Source of the DNA: Eledone cirrhosa
Lineage: Eukaryota
Reading direction: 5' to 3'
DNA length: 64,000 nt
NCBI GenBank assembly: GCA_964016885.1
Contig: OZ024740.1
Location: 340,628,001 to 340,692,000, forward strand
The notes under the pieces are model-generated. The model did no database searches. It saw nothing but the letters and a program-made list of their open reading frames with translations, and was not told where the DNA came from. The translations under genes were made by a program, and so were the position numbers. Position 1 is the stretch's first letter. Every line of letters begins with the position of its first letter. Shown here one piece after another: positions 14,578 to 27,202 of this stretch.

Positions 14578-14839
14578 ATGATATTTTTCCATATTTTCCA
14601 AATTTGTCTCTCAATAGAGGGGTTTCAAAATTAGGTGGTAAATTCCCTACATATATGCGTGCCCCTCGATATCCAGATTTTGTAAAATTCACGTTTCTAT
14701 CTGAATTCATACCCTCATTTGGTCGACGCCCCCGATTTTCCATTGGGAAATGACGCCGCTTTCTATTTGCACCTTTGTTGTCTTTATCACGAGAAGGGCC
14801 ACAATTGTCAGTGAGATGGCTCATTTGCATACACAACAC
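14578..14839 (-). CDS. Exon of an RRM RNA-binding protein gene (SRSF1/9-like or NCOA5/hnRNPC-like N-terminal RRM); candidate ATG at 14830
   Basis: Acceptor ttgttatttgatttgttgcAG|14839; donor 14578|GTGAGTA; encodes ...GARIYVGNLPPNFETPLLRDKFGKYGKIS (RNP2 IYVGNL plus helix 1). Downstream exons not found in the window. Confidence 0.85.
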
Positions 14840-14923
14840 CTGCAACAAATCAAATAACAAATATTACAGTATTAGTGATTTACATTTTATTTATCGTATT
14901 TTCCAATATTTATGATGCACATT

Positions 14924-15170
14924 TTAACCCAAATATTTTATGTCAAAATCTGCCTGTATTTTATACACAGATGTGAATATAACAAGAACAATAGTATTAA
15001 TAATATGCATACCATACACAAGCTATATATAAGTATAACTGGATATTTTAATTTAGTTTACATGAAATTATGTTGAATGGTTTTAATTAAAATAGGAATC
15101 CTTTAAAATGGGTTGTTTAGTTTCATAGAATCAGAGGTAGGTTTTGACAGGTTGGTATCAAAAGGGTTAA
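14924..15170. mobile_element. TTAA-flanked MITE relic (family 2)
   Basis: ttaaccc... and ...gacaggttggtatcaaaagggttaa ends; similar to 50355-50586. Confidence 0.5.
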
Positions 15171-15316
15171 AGATATTTAAGTTCAATTTTTCAGCGGCAA
15201 GAACCAAATTCAACTGAAGTGAATATTAAATCTATGGAATAACTTGACAAATTTTAATTATTCATTTGAACACTATCTCAGACACAGAAGTTGATTATCC
15301 TAAATATTGTATAACA

Positions 15317-15600
15317 TCCGATTAGCTAGAATAAGGATAGGATGGAAGAAGTTTAGAGAGCTGCTCTCACTGCTGACAACAAAAGGTTTCTCCCTACATA
15401 CAAAAGGAAAGCTGTAGGACGCCTGTGTGTGGAGTGCAATGCTGCATGGCAGTGAAACATGGGGTGTGACTGCAGAGGACATGAGTAGACTGGAAAGAAA
15501 TGAAGTAACCATCTTTCGATGGATGTGCAATGTAAATTTGAAAGAAATGCGGAGCTTGGACGAACTGAGAGAGAAGCTGGGCTAAAGGGGAATCTGAGAT
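15317..15600 (+). mobile_element. Degenerate RTE fragment
   Basis: ARIRIGWKKFRELL...HGSETW..RLERNE-like coding remnants. Confidence 0.8.
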
Positions 15601-16539
15601 CTAGCAATGTGGAACACTTCGTGCCACTGAGACTCACAACATACATGTGCACACTTCTTATTTGCTGTTTCTCCTGGTACTGAGCCACTCTTCTAGCTAT
15701 TTGACTTGCTCTCTGTTTCCTCCAGTTTTTCCAGACCTGTGTTTATGCTTTTAGGGCTGTTTATTTTACATTCCACTTCCATGTAATTTACTGCCATAAC
15801 AGGTCTGATCTAAGGCTTTCAGCATGTTGTCTTATAGAAATTCCCAATTTTTATGCTATTTCCTCTTTCTAATACTCATTGGCATCAAATAGAATTTCTC
15901 TGAATTTGTTTCCAAATGGTTCCAAAGGTTCTTTCAATGCTACCACATAATGGTGAACTGTCAGGTGCTGGTAGTTATTCAAACCAATATTTCCCTATAA
16001 ACATTATGTATATACGTATACATATATATATCCTGTCTAATCCATGCAAACATGAAAAATAGATGTTAAATGAATGACGGTGGTGATAAGTAAGTAAAAA
16101 TATTAATTTGAGGGTGCATAAGTAAATAAAATATATTTGTCAGTGAAGTCAAGTTTGTACTATTTGCAAATGAGCATCTCAAGCTGATATTTCATATGCA
16201 AAAGCCATATAGGCTTTAGCTTATTTTGTCTCAGTACACGTTTCACAATCGGATAATGTGCTTTGTGGTATTTTTTTCCTGCTCCCTATCCTCTAAGTTC
16301 AAACCCCACTAAGATCAACTTTGTCTTTATCCTTTGATAAAAATACCAGTCCACAGAAATGGATTAGCAGAATTGTTAGAGCAAGGATCAAGGATAGGAT
16401 AATTTGTGGCTTCTCTCCCAGCTCTGTTTGTTCAGGGTTCTCTGCCCCCTGTCATTGGAAAAAGAGCGACATAAGACTGGGGCTGCTATCATTAAAACAT
16501 CCCCAAAATCCGCTGAGATGCAACATTGTAGGAACCGCT

Positions 16540-17080
16540 AATAAAGCTCATTCTTATACAGGTGATACCATACTAGAATCCTTTCTAACCTTCCCCACAT
16601 AGGCATTATCCATATGCTTAGATGTCACAATAATTTACAATTGATCCTGGCCACCTCACATTCATTGCCTGTAAAAAGCTGCATCTCACAGATAAACCTA
16701 CCTCTGTAGAGCAGAATATTTTTGGCTTCAACAGCCGCAGGCTCCTTACAAAGTTCTAGACCCACAACGGAATTTTACTCCTACATTTGGGGCAGTGATG
16801 CCAGAATATGCTGTACTACATTCAAATTAAATGCAATTTGGTAGATCAGCAGGGATTCATTTGCCCAAACACATCAACTTATAGTTCACAGATGTGGCGC
16901 TTCCTCACTCTGCTTAGCATCTCCAAAGTCTACCTGCTACCCCTTATCTTGTCATTCATTCTATGTCTTTCCTCTTAGGCCTTGAACTAAACACTCTGTT
17001 CAATCCTTCGTCCACAGATTGTCAACCCTTTGGAGTTCTCTTCCTATCGACGTCAACTTGTAGCTGAACATCAATTTAAC
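16540..17080 (+). mobile_element. Highly degenerate CR1/Jockey-like LINE 3' coding fragment
   Basis: ttacaaagttctagacccacaacggaattttactcctacatttgggg resembles the YK..RP.xEY..xIWG thumb motif; frameshifted. Confidence 0.35.
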
Positions 17081-17084
17081 TAGA

Positions 17085-17823
17085 GGACCTGGGAAGATCA
17101 CAGGCTTCTTTTCTTCTTTTTTGCCCACTTATTCCTGAGAGATCATAGGGGCTGAACAACTGCCTCCAATTGATCCGGCTGAATCCCCAAGCGAGACCAG
17201 CCAAGTTTGTGATGGTTATGCAACCATCTTGCTCAGGGTCTACCCCTGGGTTTCTTGCCAGCTGGTTTTGCCTGTAAAATCTGTCCAGCAATTCTTTCCT
17301 TAGAACATCTGACCATCTGTCTATAGTATTGGAGCTGTCATCTCTCAATTTGGAGAAGTAGCAGCTCTACCTGGAGCGACTCCTCAATCTCTGAGCTATG
17401 CACTCTATCGACTAACATTACTCCAAAATCCCTTTGGAAGAACCTCATTTTGGCTGCTTGTATTCAAGATCATATTCTTTCAATTATTACCCAAGATTCA
17501 TGACCATAGGTAAGGGTTGATACGAATACTGAAAATAGCAAGTTTGGTTTTTACACCTACCTCCCTTCTGGTGATGAGCAAATGCTGAAGCTGGCACAAT
17601 ACTGCACCAGTTCATGCAAGTCTTGTTCTTAATTCAGCCTCCTGCTTTTTATCACTCATGAACATGGCCCCAAGATACATGAACTTCACCTGCTTTAATG
17701 GAACTTCACTCATGTGTAGAGTGCACTGCGCAGGGTTCTTTGAGAGGATAGGTGTCCAAACCTATTAAATGCATGTTGGAGATCACCTTCTAAAGTGTTA
17801 AGTAGTACCATGTCATCTGCAAA
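17085..17823 (-). mobile_element. Degenerate RTE (Expander/Rex3-like) RT and C-terminal fragment
   Basis: FADDMVLL in ORF 17710-17895; FMYLG and frameshifted RGRP..RW remnants on the minus strand. Confidence 0.7.
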
Positions 17824-18158
17824 GGGTTGAGAGGACCCTTCAGTCATGTAATGGCACAACCTCTCTAGTCTTGAAGAGCTAGATGATAAATGCACTCAGT
17901 ACACACTGTAAAGTGGTTGGTGATAGAAAGGGCACCCAGCCTTAGAAAGCTTGCCAAACAAAGGGTTGGGAAGACCTTCAGTTGTGTCAAAGACACTACA
18001 ACCTCTTCACTAGAACGCTAAACCGTACATATGTAAGATGCAGCCCCCACCCTGCCCATCTGGGAAGTCAGTAGCGTCACTTCAGTACTGACTTCGTCTA
18101 TGTAGATTTATCCAACCCTTACTAGCAGGGAAAGCGAAGGTTAAATGATTATGATGAT
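17821..18158 (+). mobile_element. RTE 3'-UTR-derived element with a tandem ~140-bp module; related copies near 24813-25138, 42958-43318, 51750-52130(-), 57520-57670
   Basis: Repeated aaagggttgggaggacccttcagt...gtcaaagac head, gaaagggcatccagc core, (ATG)n tail. Confidence 0.7.
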
Positions 18159-19179
18159 ATCCAAGATAACTAATATATATTGAATATTTATATTCATTTA
18201 TGGAAAATATTAGCAGCATGTGGTTCTCTGGATTGTCTAGTCTTATACCATGACCACACAACCAACCTATGCGAGCATGGAAAGTGGATTTAAAATGACA
18301 ACAATGATGATGATTTACAAGGGCACAAGACCTTAAATCTGAGGGATGAGCACAGTGAATTATATCAACGCAAGTATTTTTTAAATATAATCTCAGTCAA
18401 TTATTGTGACAATAAGACTTTAATAGTTATTGTGATGCAGCCATAGTGTTGTTTTGAACTTTCCAAGAATGTCTTGCTAATACAGTATCATGCAGTACAG
18501 GATGCTAAGAGTTAAAGCTGTTATGGATGTGATGATACAGGATTGAAGCAGGTACTAAACTGATGTCATGAATCAAATACTGACACTGAAATAATCATCA
18601 CCATTCTTGTAATATCTGTGTTTCCATGTTGGCATTGGTAGGACATGTCTGTATACAACAGTGTAAGAATATTGTCTTTGATGAAGTCTAATGTACTTAG
18701 AACAGACTTTACCACCACCTCCCTTCCCTTCCTTAATCTGCCTCAGCAATGGGCACCTTTCAATATCAGTTTACAGTACTTTGTCAGATAGTAACACTTG
18801 GTCATTCATATTACCCATTCGCAGAGGCAGATTAGGTTAGTATCTGTAGCATATACTATAAAGGGACCCTAAATTTAAAAAAAAGGTGACATAAAGGTTA
18901 AAGGCTGTATATTATTATAATATAAAGCACTTAGTAGAGGGCACTTGAAAATGTTGGGCTGTAGCAAATACTACCCTTGCTCTAATTCAACACTGCCCAC
19001 CCACATTTTTCCTGTACACATTTCCCATCTTTCATACCTAACTGCTTTCTCAATTCATTTACTTGCCTTTTATGCAAGTTGCATTTTCAAATAATTTCTT
19101 TACAGTTACTGCATATTTTCTGTAGTCAACATTGAAATCTTATTAGCATTATACACATTGCATATAGCCTCTATTTTGC

Positions 19180-19545
19180 AGAGAGAAATGAAGTGAGCAT
19201 ACTTCCATGGATGTGTGATATTAATGTGCATAGATGAGCTGAGACAAAAACTGGGCACATGGGGAATCAAATGTAGTGTGCATGAGTGAAAACTGCACTG
19301 GTATAAACATGGATGATGATTATTGAGTGAAGAAGTGCCGGGAGTCCTTAATGATTGGAAATAAATTAGAGGAAGACAAAGGAAGAGCTATACAGAAGTG
19401 GTGAAAGCAGATCTCAAAGTGTGAACCTTACAGAAGAGATGATAAAGGGACACAAGTGGAGGGAGGCTGTCCTGGAAAAGCTGCATCAAACCCACGCAAG
19501 CAGGGAAAAATGATGTAAAAAAAATAAAACAAAAGGATGATGAAC
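19180..19545 (+). mobile_element. Degenerate RTE 3' fragment
   Basis: ERNE..WMC..ELRQKLG-like remnants; tail acccacgcaagcagggaaa. Confidence 0.6.
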
Positions 19546-20277
19546 CCTTTAACTTCTTGACCTGTAATAGCTACTATACTTTTACTAGAATAATCTTAAA
19601 CACAAAATTTGATTTAAAAAACCCATTAACTATTTCCAGTGAGCCACTGGAGCAATTTATTTCATAAGCACTCTTACTGCTAACTACTCCAGTACACCTG
19701 AAGATCTGATTCTTTATTAATTCATCCACCTTTACCTGCATTGAGTACAGGATACTGGGCTTTTACTAATTCTTTTAATAAGTTACATTAAACATGAGAA
19801 ATTGTTAGATACTAAAAGTACAAATTTAGTGACGCTCTCATTAGATAAACAATGTATAGTTTAGTGTTTGAGCAAACTGGTTATTTAAAATTATTTATTT
19901 ATTTGTTTATATCATTTATTTCTTTATTTATTGCTTTAGAAGATAGAAATGCCGCAGTTAACTTTAACAAGATCTGAACCTACAATCAGCAGACGAAGTA
20001 GTTCGGTATTCTGTTAGTGAAGCACCAGCCAGTGGAACCTTTTTATTCCGTTAGTTTTTCACTTGTTGCCTGGTTGCTCTAAGGTCCAAAGCATTATAGT
20101 CTCGGAGAAGAGAAAGTACTGTATTAGTATACTGGGTAACATAACTGATATTATTGTTAGTGCTATTGCTAGAATAATAATTATTATTGTTGGTATCATA
20201 GGTATTAACCGATGTTTTTTTTGTTTGTTTGTTTGTTACTTTTTTTTTGATGCTGAAGAGAAGTTTTAGCCAGCTTT

Positions 20278-20326
20278 CTATTGGCTATATAAAGTCAGTA
20301 CCGCTTCTATTGGTTGTTATATATAA
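20278..20326. promoter_or_regulatory. Candidate promoter: two CTATTGG (reverse CCAAT) boxes, each followed by a TATA-like run
   Basis: ctattggctatataaa and ctattggttgttatatataa about 29 bp apart in non-repetitive, CpG-containing DNA. Confidence 0.4.
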
Positions 20327-21339
20327 TATTGAGTAATCGTTATAACTATCCGACCGACCTACCAAGTTCTATCTCTATTATAGCCATGATGAGAAACAAA
20401 TACTCAGATTTACAAAGACATTCTTCGAATTTTAAAGGGACAGTCGCATCAGAGGGTAGGTGACATAAATTTGTATGAACTAATCTTTTCACATTTTCTT
20501 TTACTGTTGTTGTGTTTGGTTTAATGTGCTTAGTAAAAATAATACCCTCATATAGTCACATAATGATGATGGGATGTGTCGCGAGTTTAAGATTCTGATA
20601 ACATATCGTTCGTTATAGCTAATTTGTGTGGAAAGAAAACCACTGTAACCGTCTAGGGTGTTGCATTTCGTTTTTAATACAGGAAACACAATGAGAAACA
20701 TGTTTTCTAAATGTAATGCAGTATCTACAATACTTCTAAGGTTATGTTTTTTGTAATATAAATACGAAACTTTTCTTTCACAAACATTAATTTACAAAAA
20801 TAAAAATTCAAATGCTTTGAGATATTGCATTAAGCAAAAGGAAGTAGAGCCAAAATGAGTGTAGTTAATTATTTTAATAAATTACGTTTAAAAGATCAAT
20901 GAAGCTCTGCGTATAGATTTTTACGAGCAATATAATATTGGAACAATAAGCAACGTGTTATGAAGGGAAATAGCACTACTGACACTAATAACGAACACAG
21001 TTACACTTTAGCCTTACTGAAAGAATTTTGGAAGTAGTAAGTTGAAACTTTAAGATTATGTAGCGATAACATGAAAATATAAACAAATAGAGTTTATAAA
21101 GGCTACTAAAAGATGACACTGTTGTATATAGACAATAGCAAGTGACAGAAGGAGAAAGACGCCATTTTAGTAATGATAGATTAGTGAGGCAATGACGGAC
21201 ATTTAAACAGATAATATTATTTATACCACATTGATATAATCTCTAGAATGGAATTAATCAATGGTTTAACCTTTCATTTAAATTAAAACATAATATTTCA
21301 CTACAATAGTAATGTTTAGCTAAGAAAATTATTACTTAC

Positions 21340-21395
21340 GTCAGCTTCGCGATACAAACTAGATGAAGACGCTTGAGAAGTGTACGAGGAGAAAC
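21340..21395 (-). other. Probable non-coding exon 1 of the RRM gene (5' boundary uncertain)
   Basis: Donor 21340|GTAAGTA next to CCAAT boxes, CpG-rich; the downstream coding exon has an acceptor just before its ATG. Confidence 0.5.
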
Positions 21396-21399
21396 ATTA

Positions 21400-21523
21400 A
21401 TGTTGATTGGTTCCTCGGTTTGTAGTTAACCAATGGTAGATGTCGTTAGATATGTATGCGTATGTGTATACACCAAACACAAGTGTCTCCCATCGCATGT
21501 GGCCGTCAGTTGAGAAGAAAAAT
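21400..21523. promoter_or_regulatory. Bidirectional promoter / CNEP1R1 5' UTR region
   Basis: GATTGG (21405-10) and CCAAT (21430-34) in opposite orientations between a minus-strand donor and the CNEP1R1 ATG; YY1-like AAAATGGC motifs at 21160-68(-) and 21646-54(+). Confidence 0.6.
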
Positions 21524-21545
21524 ATGTCTTTTGAACAAACAGAAG
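21524..21545 (+). CDS. CNEP1R1: CTD nuclear envelope phosphatase 1 regulatory subunit 1 (TMEM188), coding exon 1: MSFEQTE + G
   Basis: ATGTCTTTTGAACAAACAGAAG|GTGAGA; phase-1 join with exon 2 gives [18 protein letters not shown], compared with recalled human [19 protein letters not shown]. Confidence 0.85.
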
Positions 21546-23539
21546 GTGAGAAATACTTCCAATTTATCTTACTTTTTCTAATTTTTACTATTCCGATCGT
21601 TAGTCAAGAGTATGGCCATTGATTTCAGTCTTCCTTGATTATATGAAAATGGCCATAGGATCTGTTTTGGAATATGTATATATCAATATTCCTCTCTTCC
21701 ACTTCAAAATTTAATTCATTAACTAAAAATCTTAAGAATATGTCAGTTAAAATCAAACATAACCATCGCTTTACTCAAAATATGTCCATTTTCGTTTAGT
21801 TTCGTTTTTCCACCTGACTAAGTTGATTATAATAATAAGTTAAAATCACTAATTATTTTCTTCGGTGAATTATGAATACTTAATCATTCAAATTCTCTTC
21901 ATTCCCAACGTATTTTATCTGTGTTGATATTGAATCAAACACGTTTCATTATAATAAGAAGTAAAATAAAATAAAAAAGAAAAGGACACACCAACAAAAC
22001 AATAACAGAGCCATTGCATACATGTGAATATATTCGATTTCGACATTTGTCACTTTCCCATTCGACCCTCCATCACCCAGTCACTTTTTTTTTTGTCACT
22101 TATCATTCATACTTTTTACACAACAGCCAAGGCCACTTCCCTGAGAGTACTGGTGTTTTGTAGTCTGCCACTATGTAGCACTTGGGTCTTTTCAATGTTG
22201 GTTGACCTTTATAGTTCGTCTGACTCTCTCCTAACGTTTCCTGTTTTAGAACACTTTCCGCAATTTCATGACAGATTCTACAATGATAACTAAGCCATTA
22301 GCTTATAAAGATTCCCAAGGATGTACGTTCCCAAACTTATTTCTGTGCTATTGCCATGAGAACTATATTAGAAGAGGGTCGAGGACAGAGCCCCATTAAA
22401 CACCGCCTAAATATTATCAATCACCGAATATATACTATTAATACGTATCTTGTTTGTAATATCCTAATGCAAACACAGCATAAACAGTTCTCAAACCATT
22501 GTCTACTTTTTAACTTTCTCAGCACCTACCAGAATAACAAATGCAGTTTCGTTTGCTCTTAGCTAAGAACTGTGTCCTCCATAATTCAATATCCTGCTAA
22601 AACACCTAAACTAAATCGTATCCGAGCCAACCGTATCTATCTTCTACTAACTATATTATGACTTGATCCGTTAGCTATATAACTGACTCTTCTCGGTCAG
22701 CTCTTTTTACTTTTGTAGCGGTTACGATAATACTGACGAGCCAGTCATTCAAGAATCATTTTCCTGCACTGACTGATTAATAATTAAATTAGTAACTAGC
22801 AAAATATCAACGCAAACTGATACTTTCAATATCTCAGTAACAGCTCCTCCTGGTGGATCTGTAGCATCCTCTGCCTTTATATCCTTTATTGCCATTCCGC
22901 CATCATACGTCCTTTTTTCTATGTGAACATGGGTTGGACGGGACATTACATATCAAGTCAGTACTTAACCGGAGTTTCTGGTCTAGATTGATGCCATGTC
23001 TCGTTTACATATGTTGCTGTTTTTGCATGGCTTTTATAGTTGGATACTCTTCTTAACTCCAACCACTTTACAGTGTATATTGACTGCATTTTATCATGGC
23101 ACCAACACCAAACTCCTTGGTGCTGGTGCTATGTTAAGTCAAAAGTGAAGAGTCCTCTCAACCATTTTTTGGTTTCTTTTCTACAGTTAGATGCCCTTCC
23201 TAAAAAAGCAATTTTACTGAGTGTCTTGGGTGCATTTATGGTGGCACCAACACGAGATATTGTCAGACCATTGATTTTTATCTACTACGATATTCCCACT
23301 ATCACACTAATCATTAGTCTGCACCAGAAAAAACAAGTTGTTTTCTGATCACTATCTACTCTTCTCTATCTATTGTATATACTTGAATAAATGTAGACAC
23401 TATTTTATGTCAGAGCACTAGGCAAAAATCCAACATTATGTTTAGATGGTGCTTTTTTGAAATTCTCATGAGAGGAGAATATATTTATGAAGTTTTAATA
23501 TGTTAATATTTAAAATGTTCTAAGTGTTTTTTTAGGATA

Positions 23540-23825
23540 TAGTTTGTTTTACAACTCTATTACGTAAAGATTCTTTTTACCAATTCCCGGCCGTTTTGAA
23601 GACTGTTCATTCAAAACATAAAAAAACAATCGGAAATACGGATTTCTTGTCGAAAGTGAAACCGGCATAATATTTACCTCCAAATCGAAAATATTTTAGC
23701 ACCTTATTTACGTAGAATTTTGAAGTTGGTGAAAATCTGCAAAATATTGATCTCAAACCCCGTTTTACCATCGATTTTTTTTTTTTGTCACATATTTCTC
23801 GTCTTATATACGAGTATATACGGTA
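23540..23825. mobile_element. DNA transposon (Tc1/pogo-like) end fragment
   Basis: Ends gtcttatatacgagtatatacggta, resembling pogo/Tigger-type TIRs; CpG-richer than flanks; the partner TIR was not found. Confidence 0.4.
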
Positions 23826-24059
23826 AATAATCTAGTATCATTCGGGAGATCCTTAACTTCTATACTTTTCCTCTAATTGTAATGTATCGTAACCCCCCTT
23901 AAACTTAAACCTAAGTCACTAACCACTAGTTAATGTGAAAGAACATAACACCTACCTGGGAGTCACTTGGTGTTCACAACCATTGAACTGACTTGGCACA
24001 GGCCAAAGATAAAGCATATACACCACCCCACCACTCCCATACATCTCCCATGAACAAGC

Positions 24060-24410
24060 TGAAGTATACATCCAGCGGCGCCTCCAGCCCACTGTAAAGA
24101 GGTGGTGGCGACAAAAAGCGCCTAGCCCACACTGTAAAGAGGTCATGATGGTGACACAGCAAAAAGCACCCACTCCACACTGTAAAGTAGCCATGTAGGT
24201 GTCATGGCAAAAAGCACTCAGTCCACATAGTTGTGTAGGCGTCACAACAAAAAGTTGGCACTAGGAAGGGCATCCAGCTGTAAAAACCAAGCCAAAATCA
24301 GTTCTGTATGAGCATGACGTGGTTACCTGACCTAGCATTGCTCACAACAGGAAAACTTGTCTAACTCATGCCAGCGTGGAAAAATGGACGGTAACTGGTG
24401 ATGATGATGA
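24060..24410 (+). mobile_element. RTE 3' UTR with 48-bp repeats and tail
   Basis: Repeated aaaagcacccagtccacactgtaaag units, gaagggcatccagctgt core, gatgatgatga tail. Confidence 0.8.
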
Positions 24411-26839
24411 CTTGCCTCATTTCTTGTTAAGGATGAAGTCAGTATAGCTTTCATCACCAACTAAATGCTAGGTGTTAAGTTATCTGTGGAATTACATGTA
24501 CATGCTAAGGTCATTTACATCACAGAACACCAGAATTCATAATGCTACTTTATGTTTTTAGTATTGTCTTAGTTTCTGTGTGCAAATGTCAGTTTTCTTA
24601 TATAAATATTGAAACCATCAACTGTAATAATAATGTTATAATGGTATCAATATAATTATTTTTTTTAGATAGTTTGCCTCATAGAGCTGATCCTTTTCTT
24701 TGTTCATAGAAATTCTTCTACATAAAGACTGACCAACCTGCAACATACAATGGGACCTTACTTCCCCTCCCACTTCCACTAGCACTCCCTAACATTTTAC
24801 CAAACAAACAAACAGAGTTGGGAGGACCCTTCAGTCATGTCATGGATATGACAGTCCCCTTAGTGTTGGTGATCTTCACAATAAACGTACCCAGTACACA
24901 CTGCAAAGTTGTTGGTGATAGGAACAGCATCCAGCCATAGAAATCTTGCCTAACAAAGGGTTGGGCGAACACTCAGTTATGTCAAAGGCATGATCACTCG
25001 GTGGAACATGTAACTGTAAGTGAGACAGATCCCTGATCTGCCTGGGAGATCAGTGGCTCTGCTTCAGTATTGACTTGGTCTGTATGAACCCGTCCAACCC
25101 TTGCTAGCAAGGAAAGCAGACATTAAAACGACAACGACAGGTTTGTATCAAAAGGGTTAGTGATCTAAATAAAATGATTGCTGCTCAGAATTAATACTGA
25201 ATTATTGAAAGTAATAAAAGTATGAACTAAATTCCATTTACAGCCACTTTAGTTAGTATAAGTTCATAAAAGTGGATTGACTGTTTCCTCTAACAAGCAA
25301 GCATAGTTTGACATGGCAGAATGAATGTATGCTGGGGTATGGGTATGTGGTTTCTGGTGAGGTAAGTGTCGTTTTATGTGGGTTGTTAATTCAGATACTG
25401 ACAAAACAACATTGATGTCAGTTAAATGAAGAAAGTCCTATTATGATGTATGATGATGTAATAATGCCTAAATGTTCAGTGTGTGGGAACCAATGTTTAT
25501 ACTACCTAGTGGTTCCAGGGTACAGAAGCAGAAAACGCATAAAAGTATTATTGTAGAGAAGTGGTAAGAAACTCTTGGGACAGCAGAGAGTCTTCAGAGA
25601 AGAAACCCCTGCTCAAGCAAGTGTTTCAGCCCTTATTATTAAGACAGAGTTGTTGAAAGTGTGAGAATCTACCAGTGAAATGTTACTTTTTGGTTATTTA
25701 TCCTAAAATATGCTAGAAAGTTTTACATACAGGAAACTTCCTTATTAGAGAATCCTGTATTCCACATTCTTTTTGCTTCTTTTTAGCCAACCATCGTTTT
25801 GTGTTAGACCTTGACACAATATGAGTGATGTTTGCTGGGATCATTGGGTGTTTTCAGTCATTCAACATCAGACATCTTCACCCAGGCAATGCAGTTGGAG
25901 TTGATCAAGCTCTATCTTTTGTCCAGGAAGCAATTTCCTGACCACGGCTCACCTCTCCTGAGCCACAGTCACTTTAAAACATCTCATGTCTTGGTGGCTA
26001 ACTTTATAGCCTTTTGCTTCCTGGTTCCGGTGATACCCTGCAACTTATAGGCACTGCTAGGAGACTAGCCTATGAGCCTTCTGCATCTTACTTTGTGTTC
26101 ACACATTGCATGCCACCTATTCTTTCAGCATCTTTTTTATCCCCTTTTTCATTTCAATATTCTATTATTCTCTCTCTTGTTTATACTTCCAATATAGGGT
26201 TGGGAGGACTCTTCAGTTGTGTCAAAGGCATGACAACCTCCTTAGCGCTGGTGCCACAATAAAATACATTTGGTAGTGTGTGGGGACATTTGTGAGGTGT
26301 GGACCGCTACCTGCCAAAACACTTGCAAGATGCAAGCTCCTGGCTCATCTGTTAAATTATGATTATATATTATATTAAGATAGCCTGAGGAGGAGGCCAG
26401 AATCCATCAACTTTGCAGGACTTTCCAGATTGGTGAGATTAATGTTATTGATGTTCAGTGTGTGAATGTTAATATGGCAAAGTCTGTAAGAAAAATGTTG
26501 GTTGGGATTCAAGATGGTCATTCTTCTGGGAAGTAGGATTGGGCAAACTATGTACAATGTTTAGGAGGGGAGACTCGGTGAGAGTAACTGGAGAACGAAA
26601 GACCTTCAGGACATGTGGATTAGAGTGGAGTCATTTATTGACTTAGTGGCACAAGAAAGTATCTGCTGTCATAATAATAAAGCTAGAATCCCATATATAA
26701 TAATAGTAACATTTTTATTACTTTTGTAGTAAAAGTAATTTGTGTGTCCTCTCTGGAGCAATAGTAAAACTAGTGCCTACTATATAGTAATAGCAAAACT
26801 AGTGTCTACTATATAGTAGTAAAATTATATGGCAACAGT

Positions 26840-27040
26840 GAGTACAAGACTACCTCCACCTTGGGCAGGACAACAGTCCATTGCAGGGTTAAACCTCCAG
26901 TTATTGCTGATACTCATTCAGTTGAGTATACTGGAGCAATGTAAAGTGAAGAATACAACACACAACCCAGTCCAGGAACTGAACTCATGACATTATGGTC
27001 ATAAGTCCAACGCCCTTACTAGTAGGCCACGCCTCCACAT
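26840..27040 (-). mobile_element. tRNA-derived SINE (CORE-like), same family as 61490-61750
   Basis: Shared gagtacaagact...cagtccat.gcag.gttaaa...gagtatactggagcaatgt blocks. Confidence 0.65.
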
Positions 27041-27202
27041 ATTCAAGTGTATTACTACTAAATAAATAGTAAAACGTGTGCTAGCATACTTGATGTAGTA
27101 AGTGAGGACATATAAATTAATCAACCCTTTAGCATTTACATTACTTTACATATACTATTGTATTTTCACAGTAAACACTTTATTTCAGATAATTATCTCA
27201 CG

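Noticed and set aside
21440-21622. 60-aa ORF as a standalone small protein
   Set aside because: Only MSFEQTE fits CNEP1R1; the rest is UTR and intron read-through.
22725-22760. CTGACGA as a hammerhead core
   Set aside because: No stem II or GAAA/NUH follows.
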